A program made the position numbers and the translations under genes. DNA of 64,000 bases, from positions 5,582,564 through 5,646,563 of the forward strand of contig CAVNZM010000004.1 in assembly GCA_963693365.1 (NCBI GenBank), read 5' to 3'. Source of the stretch: Amoebidium appalachense (Eukaryota > Protista > Ichthyosporea). Each line of letters opens with the position of its first letter. The stretch's first letter is position 1. A model generated the notes under the pieces. The model did no database searches. It was not told where the DNA came from and saw only the letters and a program-made list of their open reading frames with translations. Positions 35,618 through 50,276 of the stretch are shown here, piece by piece.

Positions 35618-37114
35618 CTACTTCTTCTTGAGCAGCTGGGCCTTGAGCTCTGCCTCCTTCTTCTTCTGCTCCTGCTGCTTCTTCTTGAACTCAAGGTCCG
35701 TCTGCACCACCAGTACCATGAGGCACAGCCACACAGCAACAAACAGGCTGAGAGTACCAGGCAGAAGGCACATTTGGCCCATTATTAAGCTTGCCAGACA
35801 GACAGGCAAACAGAGGCGAGCTCGAACAGCCAGAAATGAGCTGCTTCGTGTGGATCTAGATGTCTAAATATCTAGATTGTTAAATTTACGTATAAAACTT
35901 CCGCCATCCGATCAATCTGTTAAATTTTTTTAGTTTGCATAAAATCAAGATTGATTTCGACCCTCTTCCAGATGCGGGGTGTGGGGGGGGAAGGGTCTTC
36001 TAGATGTCTGGGATGAGACGATTGGTCCTTGGAACGTGCCTTAATATCTCTTATCCAATAGAAATGCAATCAACGATCTAGATAATTCAGTTTCTAAACT
36101 GCTCTACACGAATCGAGCAGGCTTTTAGATATTCAGAGAACAGCATTGGTTCTCCAAATTCGCCGAGTATTTAGATATTTAGATTCGCGCGAAGCGACTC
36201 AATAAAGGCACACAAAGGCAAGCTCGAACAGCCAGACAGACACGCACACAGAGGCAAGCACGAGCGGTCAGACAGACAGGCACAAAAAGGCAAGCACGAG
36301 TAGCCAGACAGACAGGTTACACAAAGGCAAGCACGAGTAGCCAGACAGACAGGCACACAAAGGCAAACACGAGCAGTCAGACAGACAGGCACACAGAGGC
36401 AAGCACGAGTAGCCAGACAGACAGGCACACAGAGGCAAGCAGGCAAGAAGGGACAGAAGGAACGCCAGACAAGCAAGAGGATGCTGCAGGCAGGCAGGAA
36501 CACACATGAAGCATGACGGGTAGGCAGGAACACAGGGACAAGCACGAACAGGCAGGCACACACCTCGTCCAGCTCCTTGCTATCCTTCTTGGGCGCCTTC
36601 AGCGGCTTCTTCTTGCCTCCTGTTGCCCACTCGTCAGCAGACCACAAACAAACACAGGAGCACGACTGCACAAACAGGCAGGCACGCGACACACGATGCA
36701 AGCACGCGCCCGCACACACACGCGCGTGCGCGCGCGCATACCCACACATAACGTGCGCACAGACACAAGCACACACACACAGACACACACACACAGGCGC
36801 GAGCACACACACACACAAGCACACACGCACGTACGTGCACATATGCACACACACAGACACACACCCACACACACACACACACACCCACACCCACACCCAC
36901 ACCCACACCCACCCACACCCACACACACACCAAAGCTTGCCAAGGTGCACAAAACGGACGTGGAAACACACACACACAAACGCACGTGCACGGAAATAAA
37001 TACACAAACGCGAGCGTGCACACAAGGGCACACAGATGCCTACGTGCACGCATCATTTGCACACGCATGCATCGCGCATTCGAACACTGTGCACGCACCC
37101 TCACGGCCTGACAT
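35618..37114 (-). CDS. TMA7: Translation machinery-associated protein 7
   Basis: Three exons give MSGREG|GKKKPLKAPKKDSKELDE|TDLEFKKKQQEQKKKEAELKAQLLKKK*. Confidence 0.9.
35838..36200. mobile_element. MITE in TMA7 intron 2
   Basis: About 33-bp imperfect TIRs (GAGCTGCTTCGTGTGGATCTAGATGTCTAAATA versus rc GAGTCGCTTCGCGCGAATCTAAATATCTAAATA), flanked by AAT on both sides. The interior is AT-rich. Confidence 0.75.
36205..36445. repeat. About 36-bp intronic minisatellite
   Basis: AGGCACACAGAGGCAAGCACGAGTAGCCAGACAGAC-like units, about 6 copies. Confidence 0.9.
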
Positions 37115-37718
37115 CTTCGGTTGTAGTCTCAGTTGCTGCGCCGTGCGTTGCTTCAAAGACTGGCCGGTGCATGCACTTGGGGGTGCGAACAACAGCACAG
37201 TGGCGGCTGTGCACATGCATGACCTGTAACCAATCACATTTGTTTAAAGCAAATATTCAGTTCTTAGCCAATTACACACACACGTTAGGCGCACTACTGC
37301 ATGTGCTGGTTGGGTGTTTTGCCGATTCATGACCGTCACTGCTGCGACAGACGCTGCAACAGCAACAGCAACAGCAAGCACTGTAGAAAGAAACATGTAC
37401 GCGGACGTGGCGCAACCAGTCAGGCTCCACGCGCGTAGTTGCCCTCTGACAGTCAGCATTTGTGTTGGGGTGCAGTGGCCTGGCACGTGGACTGCTGGGA
37501 CTCTGTGTCAATTCAAACCAGAGCTGGCGAGCAACGGCAACACTTTGACACACACAACACACGTCAGCAGATGCGAGCACACGCACACACGTACATAGCA
37601 TTTAATAGCTCAGTTTTTGCACTGTGAACAAAAGCTATATATTTGTCAATTCATACTTGTTCAAAATACCCCTTAAATTATACCACATTAGACAATTGGC
37701 AACTTCACATCGTGTGTG

Positions 37719-37890
<172 letters not shown>

Positions 37891-39063
37891 AGTGTGTGTG
37901 TGTGTCTGTGTCTAAATTTGCAGGTCTGTACGAGAGCCAGTGTGTGTGTTTGCCTGTGTGCATGTGTGTGCGCGCACGCTTGTGTAAGTGTGTGTGAGTG
38001 TGTGTGCTTGTGTGTGCGTGTGTCCCAACTCAGATATATCAGCTGGACAACCCCCTACCAGATAATTCACGAATGCACATAACACGCTGGATGCCCTTAC
38101 AGCTGCACGTTTACATGCTGGGTCCCCTCGCATGTGAATTCTGCCTGCAACCCCCCTTACTCAACATACAGGTATGTTCTAAATACACCTCCAGTCTTCA
38201 GATATATGCTGTCACCTTCACTCAGATGTATACAGCATTTCTTAACAAGTACATGCATGCTGGATGCCCCCTGTTAGATATATCTGGACTGGCCTTGGCA
38301 CCCTTCAAATATGTTAATGGAGTCTTGGTGGGTGGGGCATTTTCACACTCCTTATGCAAGTCACGTGCCCGGTTAGATAACACGATGCTGCCCAGCCTTC
38401 TATGGAATATGTGCTCGTATTCGTTTTCGTGTAAATAGTCTGTTCTTTGTTGTTGTATACCCTTCGCTTAGACCTTATTGGATACCGCGTGCCCCACCTT
38501 TGCCTACTGTAACCCCCGAAAAAAAAAAGAAAGAAAGAAAGAAAAGGAAAAGAAAAACTCTACCACTTGCTGATTTTGGTGCATAGAACCTCCCCCCCCC
38601 CCCCCCCCCCCCCCCCCCGGACGTTCCACCGTCCAGCACACAACTTCTGAGCCCGATCACCCTCCATACACACAACACACACACACGTTACATACCGACC
38701 CTGCCATGCTGCGGACACCGCCATGCCATTGCTCACACACACACACACACGTCTACCGAATGCGCCCCCCCCTCCCCCTCCCCCCCCCCCCCCCCCCCTT
38801 CATTGCTCACACACACACGCACTTCTATCGAATGCCCCCCACACACACACACACACACACGCCACACACACATCAAGCCATCGTGGCCCCCAAGACCCAG
38901 CCTGAGCCGTGCAGGCCTGTGCCTGCCTGTATTGCTATTCGTGCACCACACAGCCAGTGTGTGGCTAAAATTGCCTCATTCGCGCATAACAACTCAACCT
39001 TCCTGCAAGGGCAGCACGTGCTCGGTGCTGCCTATGGCTCTGTTTTGCAGCTGCACCACAGCC

Positions 39064-39086
39064 TCATGTGCACCAGCTGGTTGCGT

Positions 39087-39137
<51 letters not shown>

Positions 39138-39900
39138 GCGTGTGCATGTGTGTGTTTGTGTGTGTGTGTGCGTGTGCTTGGGGGAGGATGTGAGCGACAG
39201 ATTAGTGGGGTGGGGCGGGGGCGGGGATTCAGTAAGTACAATAGGCATGGAAATATGGGAGGAGACACCAGAGGACAAAACACAAAACGTCACAGGGGAA
39301 GGGGGGGGGGGGGAGGTGGAGAGGGGGGGGAGTGGGGGCAGACGGGGGGATGTGCATATGTACGTCTGGATGTGGATGGCTGAGAGGGAATGGGAATGTG
39401 GGCATAGGGTTCTTATCCTAACTGTGTGCATGTGGGGGGTCCATATCTTCCCAACTGTGTGCATGTGGGGGGCCTACATTTTCATGATGCGGTCCTTGCC
39501 CCCACTAGCCACCCTCTGTCCGTCTGGGCTCCAGTCCACGGTGTACACCTGCACCCGCCCTGTCAGCCCACCCCCTACCCTGCCCCCTGCAGGCACACCC
39601 ACCCACCTCGTCTGCATGGCCCGGCAGGTCACACTTCATCTTTTTCGTCTTCGAATCCCACACCTGCTGCAGCAGTCAGCCATCCCCCCCCCCCCCACAC
39701 ACACACAAGCACATACACACCCACACATGCCACGCACCTTCATTGTGGAGTCCTTTGAGCCGCTGACCAGCATGCGACTGTCTGCCGACCAGCACACCTG
39801 GTACACGGCACCCACATGCCCCCGCAGCGATGCGAGGAACCTGCAGCCAGCATCAGCACTATAAAGTGCTGCCCTGCATGGTCACACGCACACGCGCGCG

Positions 39901-39940
<40 letters not shown>

Positions 39941-40648
39941 GCCTAGATACATGGCGTTGTGCAGCACACACACACAAACACCCAACACAAACAACCCCAC
40001 AACTACGTGAGCACACACACACACACACACACACCCAGACACGTGCATCCCATGGCAACACCGCACACAAACACCACACACAAACACACATACATTCCCC
40101 TTGAACGACACACGCACATACCCCCCCCCCCCCCCCCCCCCCCCCCCAAAAAAAAGAAACCCACCCCCCCCACACCCACACCCCCACACACGTGTGCACG
40201 TACTTGCCGGTCCTGCCATCCCACAGCTTCACGCTCTTATCAAAGGATGCGCTGGCCAGCAGCCTGCCATCGGGGCTGAAGCACACCTGGTTGATCAGCT
40301 GCTGGTGCCCTGCAAAGCACGTCAGCACACAGCATGAAAGTGTCGGCACACAGCATGGAAGTGTCGGCACACAGCATAAACATTAAAGTGCCAGCACACG
40401 GCATGCATGCAACCACCTACCGGTCATGCGTGTGATGGGCTTCTTGCTTGCCGCCGGCTCCCACAGGTACATTGTGAAGTCATCGCTGCCCGACACCAGC
40501 ACCTCCTTGCCCCCGACCTCAGAAAGCACCTTGCTGTAGCGCTCGTGCGCTGCCTGCCGGGCTGCAGCAAAAGTCAATAGTGTGTGTGTGTGTGTGTGCG
40601 TGTGTGTGCGTGTGCATGTGCGTGTGTGTGTGTGCGTGTGCGTGTGCA

Positions 40649-40679
<31 letters not shown>

Positions 40680-40738
40680 GTGCGTGTGCGTGTGCATGTG
40701 GTGGGTGTGTGTGTGTGTGTGCCTGCATGAAAGGCCCT

Positions 40739-40783
<45 letters not shown>

Positions 40784-40888
40784 GGACCCGCATGAAAGGC
40801 CCTGTATGTGTGTGTGGGTGTGTGGGTGTGTGGGTATGTGTGTGGGTGTGTGCCTGCTTGAAAGGCCCTGTGTGTGTGTCTGTGTCTG

Positions 40889-40960
<72 letters not shown>

Positions 40961-41408
40961 ATGTGTGCGTGTGTGTGCGTGTGCCTGCACGTAAGACCCC
41001 TGTGTATGGTGAATGTGGTATATGTGTGTGTGCCTGCATGCACAACCCTGCCCGCCTGTGATGTTTGCCCCACCTTGCTCCGGGTCTGCCGGTGCCGTGC
41101 CTCTGTAGTCGAATGCGCCCGTCCTCAGCACATAGTCCGTGTTGAGGGCCATGCAGTTGACCTGCACCATGCTCAGCACCCACCATCCATGCATGCCCCC
41201 CCCCCCCCTCCCCCCCCCCCCCCCCCCCCCCCTACCCAATGTGCATGGCCATCCAGACTGCGGCACAGCACCCCCTACAATCAGCCAGTCAGTGTGTACA
41301 CGTGCATGGCCCCCCATACCCCCTAGACCTACATCCTCGGCCCTCCAGACCTTGACCGTGCGGTCTTGTGATGCTGTGTAGATCAGACCCTGAGGGATGA
41401 AGGGTCAG

Positions 41409-41472
<64 letters not shown>

Positions 41473-42401
41473 CACCTGGCCGCCCCAGATGACAGCTGTA
41501 ACCGATGCCGTGTGGCCGGACAGGGACAAGGTGCAGGCCCAGTGCACTGTGTCCCACACCTTGACCGTGCAGTCCTTGCTGGACGTGGCAAACCGCTGGC
41601 ACCGCCCATTACTGCCCTGCCCGTCAGCAACAGCCCTGATACCTCCTTAAACCACGGATAGTCCCGAAATGGTGCCACTGCAAAATCATCTAGCATAGCA
41701 AGGGATGATGCAGGAATTAAGGGCAGGTGCTGTTGTTCAGTGGGCACTTAGCCCTCGCAGGCAGGCCCAGCTATTGCATGTGATATGTGTATGTACATAC
41801 TGCTGGGTGTGTGCACATGGTTACGCATGGGTGTTTGTTGTGGTGTTAGTGCAGGTGTGTGGGTGTGTGAGCGGATGTGTGCATTGGACCACATGTCTGC
41901 AAATGTGTCCTGTGTGTGTGTGTGTATTTGTTTGTTTGTTTGTGTGTGTGTGTGTGTGTGCGTGTGCGTGTGCGTGTGCGTGTGTGTGTGTGTGTGCGTG
42001 TACGTGCATGTGTGTGTGTGTGTGTATGTGTGTGTGTGTGTGTGTGTGCGTGCATGCGTGTGTGCGCGTCTGTGTTGTGTGACCGTCGGTGCATACCTGT
42101 GTGCAAATGTTTGGTGTGTGCAGGTGTGGATAAGAACACCTCTATTTGGAAGTGTGTATGCAAGCTTGCAGTAGATGTGTGCATGTGTTTAAATGTGTGT
42201 GTATGAAAATGGGTGTGTGCGCTTCTTTCTGCATCTCAGACCGTGAGCGTGAGGGTCTTCAAGTGTCCATGGGAACAGGCAATCTCTCGTGCGTCCATTA
42301 AAAAACAACACGTCTTCATTTATGTGCCTAGTGTTTGTGTGCACCAGATTGCTCACATGTTTGTTTGTGTGGCCTCTGGAGAAAGATAGAGAGATATGGG
42401 T

Positions 42402-42442
<41 letters not shown>

Positions 42443-42449
42443 AGAAAGG

Positions 42450-42498
<49 letters not shown>

Positions 42499-42827
42499 CC
42501 TACCTGTGCATGGGCTCCCAGCTGATGCATGTGATATACTGCTTGTGGCCCTTCAGAGCCTTGCCCAGCCTCTGCCCCGTAGCTGCATCCCACACGTACA
42601 CCTGCAAGGGGCTGGTGAGTGGCCCACACCCCCACAAGAACATGTGGGATACAAACCCCCCACAAGAACAAATGGACTTAACAACCCCAGCCCTGCTCCT
42701 CTGGCCCTTACACCTTTCAGGGCAGGAAGCAGGCAGTCTCTCTTTCTTCCCCCCTCCCCCCCCCCCTTCCCTCCCCCTCCCCCCTGAATGGTTTAGAACT
42801 CGATGCTGTGGATGACTTGCCCCCCCC

Positions 42828-42899
<72 letters not shown>

Positions 42900-43691
42900 A
42901 CACCCACCCACTACCCCCCCCGACAAACGATTACACTTACAATGTATAACCTGTGTCTCGTCTGCAAAATACGGATTATGTTGTCCACTCTTTGTACATT
43001 GTAAAGCATGCCACCCACCTCTCCATCCCCCCTTCCCCCCCCCCCCCTCCCCCCCCCCCCACCACCACCACCACCACCTCCTCCTCCTCCACCGCCACAC
43101 ACCCACACCTCCTACCTCCGTGTCCCTGCCCCCCGATGCCAGGCGCTTGCCGTCAGGCGACCAGGCCACGTACAGCACCCAGTTGCGGTGCTCTGCCCCA
43201 CACAGTCAGCAGTGCTTGCAGCCCACACCTCTGCCTACCACGTACCATGCACGCATGCAACCCCTCACCCCCCTGCACGTGCATGCAACCCCCCCCCCCC
43301 CACCCCCCCCCTGACAACCCACCACCCCCTTGCACGTGCATGCATCACCCCCCCCCCCCTTGCACGTACCCTTGCAGGTATGCAGGGGTGTGTTTGTCTG
43401 CAGGTCCCACAGCCGCACTGTCGTATCTCCCCCCCACTGGCCAGCCGCCTGCAGCCCAAACGTCAGCAGCCCATCTGCCACGTGCACCTTGCCCCACCAC
43501 CAACACCAGCCAACCACCTCCACACACAGCCGCATTCTCTCCCTTCACCCTTCACATCCGCCCCCACCACCCTCGCACCTATTGCCTGCACATCCACACG
43601 TAAGAGTGTGATAGAGAGACACTCGCATACCTGCGTGTACAGACAGCCCCTTGGAGACAAGATGCACCGACATCCAAACTCACACCCACAA

Positions 43692-43728
<37 letters not shown>

Positions 43729-44762
43729 CCACACACACACACACACATACCACCACCACACGCACACAAGCACGCATGCCCACCCGCACACACACACGCA
43801 CATGCACAAATGCACACGCACAAAAACACGTAAACACACACAGAACCACGCATGCACAAAAACACTCACAAGCACACGCAAGGAACAGGCACACACACAC
43901 ACACAAACAAACTCGCCTGCAGACACACACACATGCCATGTGTGCAAGCACCCACCTGCCGTCAGGACTGAATGCAACCGACAGAATGGCCTCCGTGTGG
44001 CCTGCAAGGTGTTGATGTGAGTGATACGTGCCAGGCACGCACGTGCCAGTGTGTAGTGCCCCATGCATGCACGTGCCAGTGTGTAGTGCCCCATGCATGC
44101 ACGTGCAGGTGTGTAGTGCCCCATGCATGCACGTGCCAGTATGTAGTGCCCCATGCATGCACGTGCCAGTGTGTAGTGCATGATGCATTCGGGCAGCATG
44201 CACCCACCTGGGATGGATGCAGCACATCTGGTCACGGCCCTGACTCTGAACAGTGCCTGTGGCCGGTACACAATCTCCACGGCCTACCTCCCCACCTCAG
44301 CAATCCTGCCGCAGCCTCAACCCCACCCACCCCCCCCCCCACACACACCTGCTCTGTGCTAAGGCCCAGGTCTTCGACCAGCTGACCAACACTTGCCGTG
44401 ACCTCCGTGTCCCCCACGAAGAACGTGTACTGCTGGCCCTCCTCCTGCACCAAACAGTCACAACCTGAACCAACACCATGCCACCCCCTCACAGCCAGCC
44501 CGACCCATGCCATTGCATATGCACGTGTCCGGTGCCCATTGGGAGCACCGGGGGTAGGAACAGGGGTGAATGCATGTGCGTGTGATGAATGGCCTGGCAC
44601 GTGTGTGTGTGCATGCAGTTGTGCGCTTGGCTGTGAATGGGTGTGGATGGCCGGCTGGCTGTGTGTGCTGTGTGTGTGTGCCCTCCCGGGACATCTGCCA
44701 TGCACATGCAGGTCATGTGTGTGTGTGTGTGTGTGTGTGTGCAGTGCACATGTGGGTCATGT

Positions 44763-44829
<67 letters not shown>

Positions 44830-45209
44830 GCGCAAGTGGGTCGTGTGTGTGTGTGTGTGCAGTGGACATGTGGGACATGTGGGTGTGTGTGTGTGGAGTG
44901 CACATGTGGGTCATGTAGGTGTGTGTGTGTCCCGTGCATATGTAAAGGGTCTTACAATCGACCTGTGTGTGTTAGTGCTGCATGGTGTCCCTGCGAAGGC
45001 TCTGTTAACAGCACAGTGTGTGCCGACACCATAGGTATGATCTCTATCTGTGCTGTGACCGTGGCCTATCCTTCGACTATGCCTGCCCGGTTTGAGGGTT
45101 GGTAGATGGCGATAGTGTGAGTGTGCAGGTGGGTGTATAAATGTGTGTGTGTGTATGTGTTTGCGTTTTTATGTGTGCGTGTGTGAGCGTGTGTGGGTGC
45201 ATGTGGGTG

Positions 45210-45257
<48 letters not shown>

Positions 45258-45900
45258 CGCAGTGCAGTGTGTGTGTGTGTATATATCCGTTCCTGTGTAT
45301 GCCTGTGTCTGTCTGTCTGCCTGTCTGCCTGTGCTCACCTTCTGCAGCAGCTGGTTCAGCAGCAGCTGCAGTTGTTCGGGTGTGATGTCCTGCGGCAGGT
45401 CCAGGGGGGGCCCTGCAGCCACACAGTCAGCAGCAGAACGGTGGTACAGGTTGGTAGCCCCCAACACACAGCCGTGACGTGACCTCAAGCACTCACGGCT
45501 AAACCTCCACGTATTCATGGAAACACAGAAACAGACGCACAAAGCCGAGCCAAAAGAAGTGCAAAAGGCCAACATGAGCACCAAAGAACTCGCACGGCCC
45601 ACCCAACCGCACTGGACAAACACACACGTGCACCTACACAGCCTGCATATGTACACAGGTGCGCATGCCTGTGCACAAGCAGAGCACTGAGGCCACACGC
45701 GCAGGCACGCACCCGTATGCTCGCCGTTCTCATCCTTGAAGTGTGCCAGCAGGTTGCGCCTCTGCCGTTGGCTCCTCTCGCCCTTGCTGCCCTCCCCGGC
45801 CTCCTCCCCACCCCGCTTTCTGCACGCCCTTTGTGTCACAAAAAGCCCCCCTCAACAACACCGCCACCCGCCGGGTTACGCGCACGCACCTGTCTGCCAT
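39064..45900 (-). CDS. NLE1: Notchless homolog 1 / Rsa4 (pre-60S biogenesis WD40 protein)
   Basis: Motifs: [119 protein letters not shown]. The last exon (IWCT*, 39076-39064) is a best guess. Confidence 0.92.
44030..44182. repeat. 30-bp intronic minisatellite
   Basis: GCACGTGCCAGTGTGTAGTGCCCCATGCAT, about 5 copies. Confidence 0.9.
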
Positions 45901-47421
45901 GGTGGATCTCCACCCACGCGCACAGCCTGAGGCTTGTGTGCAGCGGTTTTGGTACGGGCGTTCCTTGACTGAAAGAGCACTGCAGACTACATGCAAACAG
46001 AGGCGAAAGTTACACGTGTGCTTGTGTGTGCGCTGAACTTTGGCTGAACTTGCTCAGTGCTGAACTGTGTGATGTAAATAAAGCCAGTGGTAATGCACAC
46101 TTTTAGACCATAAATGGTTATTTATCTGCATTTGCGCAAACCTAACGGTCGCATCGAATCATTTGTCGCTGCGGCAAGGTTACGTAATCGTCGGCGATTG
46201 GCCTCGGCCATACACGTGCGCGCCTACAGTACAAGTTGTACAAAGTGCAACTACAGGTGTAGGTGCTTGTCTACATTTCGGGCGGGCACACACCTATTTA
46301 TACGTAAAGAGAAGACAAGAAAAAGATACGCGACACTTCAGCTACTTTGAGACGACGCAGTGACACACTTACACACGCAAGGAACCCACTGTGTGGTCCC
46401 AAATTCGCACATATTCAGGTACCCCCACACCACGCCGCCACTCATTGACGCGGCAATATTTCTCCTGCTTTCTCTCAGGGCCCCAAAAGGCCCCCTTCAG
46501 CATAGGGGCCTGACCGCGCACCAACACACACTCTTTCTTTTCGCTCAGGCTGTACTTCTGCGCACGCACACGCGCCAACTCACACGCAGCTATACGAACA
46601 ACAAACACACTGCACAAGCTCTTACAACGCACGCCCATAAACACACACACGTGCACACACCCTCCCCGGCAACACCTGCAGGCCACAGATGACGACTAGG
46701 CCACAACCCGACGCATAAAACCAGCAGCCCTCGCGCGCACATACACAGACACACGCTCATGCACACACACACACACACAGCACTAATATACATACATTTT
46801 CACACGCACCGGGGAAACAAACGTGCGCACACACACAGATCAACGGTCAGGCAGAAACACTCCCAATAAAACACAGACCAACAGAGAGAGTGAAAAGCAG
46901 AGAAGTACAGACACGCGTACAGGTGCACACCCAACACGCGCGCACACCATAGCACACGCTCACAAACACAGGGGGAGAGGGAGAGGGAGAGGAGGGGAGG
47001 AAGGGAGAGGGAGCGAGCGAAGAGAGAGGGAGGTATGCACACGCACCACCCATGCACACCCCGTGCAGTCACCGGGCGGCTGTGCATGAATGTTAACAGA
47101 CACACACTTAAATTTGGATGGGCGTGCGCATGCGCGCGGGAGCACACAAACACACAATAGGCATTTTCACGATCAGCATCCAGCTAGTGCATCACGGGGT
47201 GTAGACACTCACAAGTGCGCACATGCAAAACACCAGAACATTGGCTCGCACACAGGAGGGGGGGGAGTGGTGTGAGATCAGGATACGTGCACCCCTTGCA
47301 CGTACCGGCAGTGCAGAGGGGCACACAGCCAAGGTCTGTGGGTGGTGGTGTGCACACGTGCATGGGCACTACAGCCAAGCAGTTGCGCCCGGCAGCTGTG
47401 TGCTCACCCGGGCTTTGCAGG

Positions 47422-47747
47422 ATGGCGGTGCGCGGCAAGTTCGAGAACAGCAACGAGGTGGGGGTGTTTGCCAAGCTCACAAACTCATACTGCCTGGTGG
47501 CCACCGGCGGCTCAGAGTCCTTCTACAGGTCGGTGCTCAGCTGTGCACGGTGTCGTGGGTGGGGGGGGGGGGGGGGGGGGAGGGGGACGGGATTGTGCGT
47601 ACGTGTGCTAGTGGGGGGAGGGGTGCGGAGGGGATTGTGTGCACGTATGCTAGGGGGGGAGGGGATTGTGTGCACGTATGCTAGGGGGGGGAGGGGATTG
47701 TGTGCACGTATGCTAGGGGGGGAGGGGACATGTGTGCAGGTGTGCTA

Positions 47748-47779
<32 letters not shown>

Positions 47780-49421
47780 GGGAGTGCGTGTACGTGTGCT
47801 AGGGGGGGGAAGCCGAGAGCGATGGATGTGCTGGCAGCGGGTTTTGGGTGGCGCGGGTGGGGGGGGGGGGGGGGGGGATTGCTGACTGCAGGTGATCTGG
47901 TTGTGTTGTTTTGCTGACCGACCTTTTGCAGTGTGTTTGAGGGGGAGCTCGGGGACGTGATCCCGGTGATCCACGCCAGTGTGGCCGGCTGCCGGATCCT
48001 GGGCCGGCTGACGGCCGGCAACCGGCACGGACTGCTTGTGCCCAGCACGTGCACGGACCAGGAGCTGCAGTTTTTGCGCAACAGCCTGCCCGACACGGTG
48101 CGCATGCAAAGGGTCGAGGAGAGGCTGTCGGCACTGGGCAACGTGGTGGCCTGCAACGACTATGTGGCACTGGTGCACCCGGATCTGGACAGGGAGACAG
48201 AGGAGATCATAGCCGACACACTGGGCGTGGAGGTGTTCAGGCAGACAGTGGCAGACAACGTGCTGGTCGGCTCATACTGCGCACTCAGCAACCAGGGCGG
48301 CCTGGTGTGTGTGGGGGTGGGGAGGGGGGGGGGAATGGGGGGCATGGTGCTGACATTTGCACGCAGGTGCACCCAAACACATCCGTGCAGGACCTGGAGG
48401 AGTTGTCATCACTGCTGCAGGTCCCTCTGGTGGTACGTGGGGGGGATGGAGAGGGGGTGGGGGGATGAAGAGGTGGTGGAATGGGTGTGGGAGGGGGGGG
48501 GGGGGGGGGGGGGAGTGGGGGTGGAGGGATCGGGGGGGGGGGGGAGGGAGGGGGGAGGAGGGGGGGAGATGAAGATGCTGGTGGTGTATGCGTGTGTGTG
48601 TGTATGTGGGGGTTGCGGTTGGGGATGTGAGTGGGGGTGGGGGTGTGAGTTTAGTGTGAGCGTGTGAAGGGATAGGGGGTTGAAGATGCTGGTGGGGTGA
48701 GTGTGTGTTTATGGGGTGAATGGGTGCTTTGAACACGCTGGTGGTATGTGTGGTTGTGTGTGTAGATGTGGGGCAGGAGGGGGGGGGGGAATGAAGATGC
48801 TTGCTGTGTGTGTGTGTGGTGGGTGAGGGGGGGGGGGGGGGGGGGGGGGATATAAAGATGCTTACTGTGTGTGTGGGGGGGGGGCCGGGGGGTTTGCTAA
48901 AAATTGCTGATTGGGGCTGCAGGCAGGGACGGTCAACAGGGGTAGCGATGTGATTGGGGCCGGCATGGTGGTCAACGACTGGGTGGCCTTCTGCGGCATG
49001 GACACCACAAGCACGGTGCGTGCCTGCACGTGGGTGTGCCTGCACGTGGGTGTGCATGCATGTGTGTGTGCCTGCACGTGTGTGTGTGCCTGCACACGTG
49101 TGTGCATGCACGTGTGTGTTCATGCACGTGTGTGTGCCCCCTGCACGTGACAGAAAATGTGTGCCCAAGATGCTCTCCTCTTCCACTCTGTCCACGCCAT
49201 TGGCCCCTGCAGCCTGGCATGGTGTGTGGGTGCTGACAGGGGGCGCAGGAGCTGTCAGTGATCGAGAGTGTGTTCCGGCTGAATGAGAACATGGGCCCCG
49301 GCACGATTGTCAAGGAGATGCGTGGGCCCCTGATCGACAGGTGCGTGCCTGGGCCTGCAGGGATTGGGTGCTGGTGCATGGTGCTGACTGGCGTTGCAGC
49401 ATACGGCCATTTGCAAAGTGA
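47422..49421 (+). CDS. EIF6: Eukaryotic translation initiation factor 6
   Basis: Six coding exons. Motifs: [93 protein letters not shown] at 49419-49421. An acceptor just before the ATG implies a 5'UTR intron. Confidence 0.96.
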
Positions 49422-49996
49422 GCCCTGGCTTCTCCAATATTCACCCCGGCTGCTGGCGGCCGGCCTGCATCTGCCCCCACCCCTCCATCTGTTGCCCCAC
49501 CCAGTAAACATGGGCCCTGTTGCGGGCCTTAGCCACTCGGGGGCCGGCTGGCCGTGCCTCTCAGGGCCAAACACATTAATGTGTGCTTGGGGTCAAACAC
49601 ATGTGCTGTGTGCAGGGGATCAAACACATATGCTGTGTGCCGGGGGCCAAAGGCAGGCCCTGGGAACATGTTTGCTGCATGCACGTCCCCCTCCTCCCCC
49701 ACGATCACCGGCACGAACACAACCCACACACATGCACAGACGCACACACACACAAAAACACAATAGTGAGCCGGCCCCCTGAAAAGCTGGGCAGGGGATC
49801 TTGGACACTGCACGGCACAGAACCATGAACCTTGGCCACGGACGAGTTGGTATGGGCGACAGACGGTGACCAGGAGGAGGGAGGCTAATTTCTGGACAGG
49901 TCTGGGCCAGGGTCCATATGCTGTGGTGTTCCCATATTTAGGCAAGTTGACGTTGACTTTGAGGCCACTAGAGCTACGTGCGTTCGCATGGAGGTT

Positions 49997-50276
49997 GCAT
50001 GTAGGCGTAATCGCAGCCAATGAATTTGCATGGAGGCGTAATCGCAGCCAATGAATTTGCATGGAGGCGTAATCGCAGCCAATGAATTTGCATGGAGGCG
50101 TAATCGCAGCCAATGAGATTGCATGTAGGCGTAATCGCAGCCAATGAGATTGCATGCAGGCGTAATCGGATCTCGCAGACGGTGCTACACTATCATACCT
50201 CATTGGCTGCGATTACGCCTAAATGCAACCATTAGCTGCGATTACGCCTACATGCAACCTCATTGGCTGCGATTAC
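49997..50276. repeat. 31-bp CCAAT-containing repeat array with an inverted arm
   Basis: GCATG(T/G)AGGCGTAATCGCAGCCAATGA(A/G)(T/A)TT, 5 full copies plus a partial one, then 3 inverted copies at 50198-50276. Confidence 0.9.
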
